Shown: one piece after another, positions 58,464 through 64,000 of the stretch
How positions within the stretch are numbered: position 1 is the first letter of the stretch
How the letters are laid out: each line of letters starts with the position of its first letter
IMG/VR virus record: IMGVR_UViG_3300025889_018307
Span: 1 to 64,000 of that record
Reading direction: 5' to 3' (one strand)
Origin: a virus
Length of the DNA: 64,000 bases
Program-made: the position numbers and the translations under genes
The notes under the pieces: generated by a model
What the model saw: only the letters and a program-made list of their open reading frames with translations
Told to the model about the DNA's origin: nothing
The model's database searches: none

Positions 58464-58803
58464 AGAAGAGATAGTAGAACTATTTGAAACAGAATATCCA
58501 GAATTATCCGAAGAGTATAAAAAGATAGGAATGGAAATGTATACTATGTTTGCTGCTAAACATATGGATTATGGGTTAAATAATATAGCTTTAGGAGGAG
58601 ATATTTTACATGATGATAATGATAAAAAATTCTCATTAACAGGTTTAGCTATTAGGTTAACTGATAAAATAAGTAGATTAAAAAACTTATTATTGAATGG
58701 TAAAAACTTTGTTCAAGGTGAAGGAATGGAAGATACTTTTATGGATATAGCTAATTATGGCATTATTGGATTATTGGTAGGAAGGAATAAGTGGAAAAAA
58801 TAA
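58447..58803 (+). CDS. Nucleotide modification-associated domain protein (DUF1599/Nmad1-like)
   Basis: K..DYG, IRL.DK..RL, E...DT..D.ANY.II. Confidence 0.75.
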   Translation: MGTMSKEEIVELFETEYPELSEEYKKIGMEMYTMFAAKHMDYGLNNIALGGDILHDDNDKKFSLTGLAIRLTDKISRLKNLLLNGKNFVQGEGMEDTFMDIANYGIIGLLVGRNKWKK

Positions 58804-58807
58804 TGTT

Positions 58808-59758
58808 TTGGCTAAAAAAATACCCCCAATTGTAAAAATAATAAGAAATTATAAACCTGAACCAATTAATTTTGGCTATCAGAAAAACATTTCTTACTCT
58901 CAACTTTCGATGTTTAGAAGTTGTCCCCAAAAATGGGCTCTTCAGTATAAAGAAGGACATAAAAGGCAAACCCCTAGTATTCATACTGTATTTGGAACTG
59001 CGTTTCATGAAGTAGTACAATATTATTTAGATGTAATGTATGAAAAAAGTGGAGCCGCTGCTGATAGAGAAGATCTTGAGGAATTATTAGAAGAAAAATT
59101 AAGGGAAGAATATCTTACTCAGTATAAAAAGAATAAAAATCAACATTTTAGTTCTTCAGAAGAAATTAGGGAATTTTATGATGATGGGGTTCAAATATTA
59201 AGATATCTTAAAAAACACAAAGGTAAATATTTTAGTAAAAAGGGATGGTTTTTAGTTGGTTGTGAGATACCCATATCAATTACGCCTAATAACGCGTATA
59301 AAAACGTTATATACAACGGTTTCTTAGATGTTGTGTTATACCATGAACCAACAGATACATTCCAAATAATCGATATTAAAACAAGTACTAAAGGGTGGAA
59401 TTCATATGCTAAAAAAGATGAAGATAAACATTTTCAATTAGTATTATATAAAAAATTCTTTGCAGAACAATTTGGATTAGCAGAAAAGAGTATTGATATT
59501 GAATTCCTAATTGTTAGAAGAAAAGTATACGAAGGTGGAGAATATCCTCAAAAACGAATACAAACATTCTCCCCAGCTTCTGGAAAGAATAAAACTAATA
59601 AAGCAACTAGAATTTTAAATGAATTTATAAATGAAGCATTTGACTATACAGGATACAAAGAAACACTTCACATTCCAAGACCGTCGAAATGGAACTGCAC
59701 CTTTTGCCCTTTTAAAGAAGATGACGAATTATGTAACGTCATTGGTAAAAACTCATAA
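58808..59758 (+). CDS. PD-(D/E)XK Cas4/RecB-like exonuclease
   Basis: SYSQ....SCP, GTAFH, G.LD, IIDIKT, QL.LY, C.FCPF...C. Confidence 0.88.
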   Translation: MAKKIPPIVKIIRNYKPEPINFGYQKNISYSQLSMFRSCPQKWALQYKEGHKRQTPSIHTVFGTAFHEVVQYYLDVMYEKSGAAADREDLEELLEEKLREEYLTQYKKNKNQHFSSSEEIREFYDDGVQILRYLKKHKGKYFSKKGWFLVGCEIPISITPNNAYKNVIYNGFLDVVLYHEPTDTFQIIDIKTSTKGWNSYAKKDEDKHFQLVLYKKFFAEQFGLAEKSIDIEFLIVRRKVYEGGEYPQKRIQTFSPASGKNKTNKATRILNEFINEAFDYTGYKETLHIPRPSKWNCTFCPFKEDDELCNVIGKNS

Positions 59759-59801
59759 TCCGCATATACGTATAGACAAATATAAACCAATAATTAAAAC
59801 T

Positions 59802-59996
59802 ATGGCTGAAAAGAAAAACATGACACTTACAAGTGTTAAAGTAAAAAGTGATTTATTTGAAAATTTTAAAATTGAATGTGTAAGACGTAAATTCTCATTT
59901 CAGAAACTATCTGATAGAGCTATTCACTTATACCTTACAGATGAAGATTTTAGGAAAAAAATACACAGTCACAATAATTTAGAAATTAATCAATAA
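59802..59996 (+). CDS. Small ribbon-helix-helix-like DNA-binding protein
   Basis: LTSVKV...LFENFK..C....FSFQKL.DRAI.LY; ATG 59802 preferred over 59631. Confidence 0.6.
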   Translation: MAEKKNMTLTSVKVKSDLFENFKIECVRRKFSFQKLSDRAIHLYLTDEDFRKKIHSHNNLEINQ

Positions 59997-60002
59997 ATAA
60001 AA

Positions 60003-61433
60003 ATGAAAGAAGGTTATATTAAAAAAGAAGATAGAAAAAAAATACTTCTTATAACAGATGATATTAGAGTTCATTCTGGAGTTGCCCAGATAGGTAGAGA
60101 AATTGTTTTAAATTCAAGTCATCGCTATAATTGGACTTGCATAGCAGGAGCAGTTGAACATCCTGAGGAAGGTAAAGTTATAGATATTTCACAAGAATTA
60201 AATAATTCTAATGGATTAGAAGATTCCCATTGCCTTTTATACCCAGCTAAAGGTTATGGTAATATGGATTTAGTAAGAGTAATAATACATAGAGAAAAAC
60301 CAGATGCGATTTTATTAATTACTGATCCTAGATATTTTTCTTGGTTATTCCATAATGAAGACCAAATTAGAAAAGAAATACCAATTGGCTATCTTAATAT
60401 TTGGGACAACTACCCAGCTCCAATGTATAACAAAGAATTTTATGAATCTTGTGATTTACTAATGGGTATATCAAAACAAACAGTTAATATTAATAAGTTA
60501 GTTTTGGGTGATAAAGGTAAAAATAAAATATTTAAATATGTTCCCCATGGGTTAAATAATAACAAATTTAACATATTAGAAGATGATGATATTGAATTAA
60601 CTTCTTTTAATAAGAATATAGGATTATCTGAAGATAACAAATTTCATTTATTATTTAATTCAAGAAATATTAGAAGAAAACAAGTATCTAATATTATAAT
60701 GGCTTGGAAATTATTTATAGATAAATTATCTCCTGAAGAGGCTAAAAAATGTCAACTTACATTAAAAACCGAAGCTATATTTGAACACGGAACAGATTTA
60801 AATGCTGTTATAGAATATTTTTGCGATCCTGAAATTTGTAGAGTAGGAATTTTACAACATAAATTAACAACAGAGGAAATGAACTTATTATATAATTCTG
60901 CTGATGGTGTAATTCAAATATCAAATGCTGAAGGTTGGGGATTATCTTTAACTGAAGCTATGTTAACAGGTACACCTTTCATTGCTGCTGTTACTGGGGG
61001 TATGCAAGACCAAATGCGTTTTGAAGATGAAAAAGGTAATTGGATTGAATTTAATGGTGAATTTCCTTCTAACCATCATGGTAAATATAAAAAACATGGT
61101 GAGTGGGCATTACCTGTTTACACAGCAGCAAGTACGTTAGTAGGATCCCCTCCAACACCATACATATATGATGATCATCATAATCTTAATGATGTAGTTG
61201 ATCAGATAATGAAGTTGTATAAAATGAGTGATAAAGAAAGAAAATCAATTGGTAAAAAAGGATATGAATGGGCTACAAGTGATGAAGCTGGGTTTACTTC
61301 TGAAAAAATGACTGAAAAAGTTATTGATGGGTTTGAAGAATTATTTCAAACCTGGAAACCAAGAGAAAAATATAATTTCTTAAAAGATACAGATTACGAA
61401 AAAAGAGTTTTACCACATAAATTAGTTTATTAA
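60003..61433 (+). CDS. GT-B (GT4-like) glycosyltransferase
   Basis: HSGVA, VPHG, RNIRRK, EGWGL..TEA. Confidence 0.88.
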   Translation: MKEGYIKKEDRKKILLITDDIRVHSGVAQIGREIVLNSSHRYNWTCIAGAVEHPEEGKVIDISQELNNSNGLEDSHCLLYPAKGYGNMDLVRVIIHREKPDAILLITDPRYFSWLFHNEDQIRKEIPIGYLNIWDNYPAPMYNKEFYESCDLLMGISKQTVNINKLVLGDKGKNKIFKYVPHGLNNNKFNILEDDDIELTSFNKNIGLSEDNKFHLLFNSRNIRRKQVSNIIMAWKLFIDKLSPEEAKKCQLTLKTEAIFEHGTDLNAVIEYFCDPEICRVGILQHKLTTEEMNLLYNSADGVIQISNAEGWGLSLTEAMLTGTPFIAAVTGGMQDQMRFEDEKGNWIEFNGEFPSNHHGKYKKHGEWALPVYTAASTLVGSPPTPYIYDDHHNLNDVVDQIMKLYKMSDKERKSIGKKGYEWATSDEAGFTSEKMTEKVIDGFEELFQTWKPREKYNFLKDTDYEKRVLPHKLVY

Positions 61434-61435
61434 AT

Positions 61436-62761
61436 ATGAAAAATACATTTATTATAAGTTGCCCAATTGACACATATAGTGGATATGGAGCAAGATCAAG
61501 AGATTTAGTTAAATCTATTATAGAATTAGATAAATATGATGTTAAAATTTTAAGCCAAAGGTGGGGGCAAACTCCTTTTGGATTTGTCAATGATCATCCT
61601 GAATGGCATTTTTTAAAAAATCATATGATTAATAGTCTTAACCAAAAACCAGATATCTGGGCTCAAATTACAGTTCCTAATGAATTCCAGGCTATAGGGA
61701 AATTTAATATAGGGTTTACAGCAGGAATAGAAACTACATTATGTGCCGCTCCATGGATTGAAGGTATGAACAGAATGGATTTAAATATAGTTTCATCAGA
61801 ACATTCAAAACAAGTATTTTTGAATTCTAAATTTAATAAAGTAGACCCAAAAACTAATCAAAATATAGGTGTTGTAGAAATGCAAAAACCTATAGAAGTA
61901 TTATTAGAAGGTGCTAATTTAAACATATATAAGCCTATTGAAGAAGATGAAATTACAGAATTAAATTTACTAAAGGATATTAATTCAATTCCTGAGGATT
62001 TTGCCTTTTTATCTGTTGGACATTGGATGCAAGGGAGTATGGGTGAAGATAGGAAAAATATAGGAGTTACTCTTAAATCTTTTTATGAAACATTTAAAAA
62101 TAAAAAGAAACAACCAGCATTAATTTTAAAAACATCTTCAGTTAATTCTTCATATATGGATAGAAGAGAAATTATGAAAAGAGTAAATGCAGTTCGCAGT
62201 AGTTGTGAGGGAAAATTACCTAATGTTTATATATTACACGGTAATTTTACTAATGAAGAAATGAATGAATTGTATAATCATCCTAAAATTAAAGCAATGG
62301 TATCTCATACTAGAGGAGAAGGATTTGGAAGACCTTTATTAGAATTTAGTTTAGTAAATAAACCTATTATATGTTCAGGATGGTCTGGACAATTAGATTT
62401 TTTACAAAATGATTTTACATTATTATTACAAGGAGCTTTAACTAATGTTCATCCTTCTGCCCAACAGAAAGATATGATACTTGCAGAATCTCAATGGTTT
62501 CAACCTAACCCTCAAGAAATACATAGAGCTTATAAAGAAATATTTGATAATTATAAAACTTGGGTAATTAAAGCAAAAAGACAAGGATATTATAGTAGAA
62601 CTTATTTTGCTTTTGAAAATATGAAAGCTAAAATTATAGAAATTTTAGACAAGAATGTTAAAATTGTAGAAGAAGTTGCTTTAAATTTACCAAAACTTAA
62701 AAAAATAGAAAATAAACAAAAATTACCTAAATTAAAACTACCTAAATTAAGCAAAATATAA
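61436..62761 (+). CDS. GT-B (GT4-like) glycosyltransferase
   Basis: SGYG, RKN, RGEGFGRPLLE. Confidence 0.88.
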   Translation: MKNTFIISCPIDTYSGYGARSRDLVKSIIELDKYDVKILSQRWGQTPFGFVNDHPEWHFLKNHMINSLNQKPDIWAQITVPNEFQAIGKFNIGFTAGIETTLCAAPWIEGMNRMDLNIVSSEHSKQVFLNSKFNKVDPKTNQNIGVVEMQKPIEVLLEGANLNIYKPIEEDEITELNLLKDINSIPEDFAFLSVGHWMQGSMGEDRKNIGVTLKSFYETFKNKKKQPALILKTSSVNSSYMDRREIMKRVNAVRSSCEGKLPNVYILHGNFTNEEMNELYNHPKIKAMVSHTRGEGFGRPLLEFSLVNKPIICSGWSGQLDFLQNDFTLLLQGALTNVHPSAQQKDMILAESQWFQPNPQEIHRAYKEIFDNYKTWVIKAKRQGYYSRTYFAFENMKAKIIEILDKNVKIVEEVALNLPKLKKIENKQKLPKLKLPKLSKI

Positions 62762-63219
62762 TGGATGAATTAATACTATGCCCTAAATGTGGTTCTGATG
62801 CTTGTTACAAACAAGAAGTAAATGAAAAAATTACTAATTATATGTGTTATGGTTGTGGTTTTATTTCAAATACTTTAATGAAAGATGGTGAAGAATATTG
62901 GGAACAACAATTAATGTCACTTCCTGAGTTATACAAAGATTTAATATATAAAGATAAAAATGACCAATATTGGATTCCTAATACTGTAAACCAACCAGAA
63001 TTAGGAATGGTGTTTGTTAATGGTTCAGATAAAGATAATTGGTCTTGGGCTGCTGTAAAAGCAATTGAAGTTGAGGAAAAAGATAAAATAAAATACCCAA
63101 TTCCTGGAAAATCCGGTGAATATTATAAACATAGAATGGATATGGAAAATTTAAAATCTTTCGACCCAGAACGTGGTTATATGGATGCACTTTCGTATAT
63201 TGGGGTATTACCTGAATAA
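62761..63219 (+). CDS. Zinc-ribbon protein
   Basis: CPKC...CYGC. Confidence 0.7.
   Translation: MDELILCPKCGSDACYKQEVNEKITNYMCYGCGFISNTLMKDGEEYWEQQLMSLPELYKDLIYKDKNDQYWIPNTVNQPELGMVFVNGSDKDNWSWAAVKAIEVEEKDKIKYPIPGKSGEYYKHRMDMENLKSFDPERGYMDALSYIGVLPE
63173..63201 (+). promoter_or_regulatory. Early/middle promoter GTGG-N19-TATATT (intragenic)
   Basis: gtggttatatggatgcactttcgtatatt, before the GT2 gene. Confidence 0.6.
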
Positions 63220-63227
63220 ATAATAAT

Positions 63228-63860
63228 ATGAAAATAAGTTATGCTATTCCTGTTTGTAATGAAATAAATGAATTACAAAGATTAGTTGATTTTTTATTAA
63301 AACATAAACGTGAAGAAGATGAAATTGTTATTTTATTTGATTCACAAAATGGTTCTAAAGTAGTTGAAGAATATTTAAGAGCTAAAACAATAAATACTAA
63401 ATCACCATTTGTATGGTATTCTAACTCTTTAAATAATAATTTTGCTAATCAAAAAAATTATCTTGGTAAGATGTGTAATGGAGATTGGATATTTTTAATT
63501 GATGCAGATGAATACCCAGATGAATACCTTTGTACAGCATTGCCTTGGATGATAGAAAATAATCCAGAGGTGGAAGCATATGCGATTTCTAGAATAAACA
63601 CAGTTTCAGGATTAACAACAGAACATGTACAAAAATGGGGATGGGGTATTAATGATAGAGGTTGGGTTAATTTCCCTGATAAGCAAATGAGAATTTATAA
63701 AAATGATCCTGATAGAATTAAATGGATAAATCCAGTACATGAACAACTTACAGGTTTTAATAAATTTTCACATTTACCTAGTAATGAAGAATATTGCCTA
63801 TATCACCCCAAAGACATAGAAAGACAAGAAAGACAAAATAATTTTTATGAAACACTCTAA
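63228..63860 (+). CDS. GT2 family glycosyltransferase
   Basis: ISYAIPVCNE, FA.QKN, IDADE, VHE. Confidence 0.88.
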   Translation: MKISYAIPVCNEINELQRLVDFLLKHKREEDEIVILFDSQNGSKVVEEYLRAKTINTKSPFVWYSNSLNNNFANQKNYLGKMCNGDWIFLIDADEYPDEYLCTALPWMIENNPEVEAYAISRINTVSGLTTEHVQKWGWGINDRGWVNFPDKQMRIYKNDPDRIKWINPVHEQLTGFNKFSHLPSNEEYCLYHPKDIERQERQNNFYETL

Positions 63861-64000
63861 AATAGGATTTACTTGTAGTACATTTGATCTTCTACACCCA
63901 GGACATATTTTAATGTTAAAAGATTGCAAAAATCATTGTGATTATTTAATAGTGGGGTTACAAACAGACCCTACTATAGATAGAAAGGATAAAAATAATC
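63847..64000 (+). CDS. Cytidylyltransferase (TagD-like), truncated by the window end
   Basis: MKHSKIGFTCSTFDLLHPGHILML...CDYLIVGLQTDP (HxGH). Confidence 0.85.
   Translation, partial: MKHSKIGFTCSTFDLLHPGHILMLKDCKNHCDYLIVGLQTDPTIDRKDKNN

Noticed and set aside
58808-59758. Cas4-like gene as evidence of a CRISPR-Cas system
   Set aside because: No array or other cas genes. Stand-alone Cas4-like nucleases are common in phage replication modules.
3702-61590. Minus-strand and nested short ORFs in the track (e.g. 54578..55117, 51252..51608, 39632..39874, 12279..12485)
   Set aside because: All overlap well-supported + strand genes, lack motifs and look like antisense shadows.
1-64000. Stop-codon reassignment
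   Set aside because: Standard-code ORFs tile the window densely, and TAA, TAG and TGA all end genes at sensible positions.

Overview
A 64-kb segment of a large, very AT-rich lytic myovirus with a T4-like tail and replisome. Every credible gene is on the + strand. A Bacteroidota (probably flavobacterial) host is inferred from the A-rich, largely Shine-Dalgarno-free starts, TTGG-N19-TATATT promoters and a protein with a type IX secretion (T9SS) sorting domain. Gene order: collagen-like tail fibre and neck/tail/baseplate module (1-19.6 kb); replication block 1 with a short divergent PolA, SSB, RecA, 5' nuclease, DnaB and RNR (19.6-28.5 kb); late envelope/lysis block with an outer-membrane barrel, a Trx-like protein, a 997-aa Cys-rich T9SS cargo, a YkuD-like lysin and probable internal head proteins (28.5-39.9 kb); ligase and UvsE; a 7-deazaguanine DNA-modification cluster (dpdA-like, queC, queD, queE, folE) with tRNA-Gln, a PRTase and a MazG-like gene; split PolB, clamp, Hsp20/GroES/GroEL, clamp loader, Cas4-like nuclease and glycosyltransferases. 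Most notable: (i) a phage-encoded T9SS surface-export module; (ii) a PolA with RNA-polymerase-like motif changes; (iii) several candidate structured RNAs (a preQ1-I-like element before queE, end-to-end pairing around hsp20, a switch-like region at 39.0-39.2 kb); (iv) two clear promoter classes. All product calls come from recognising motifs by eye; no database search was run.
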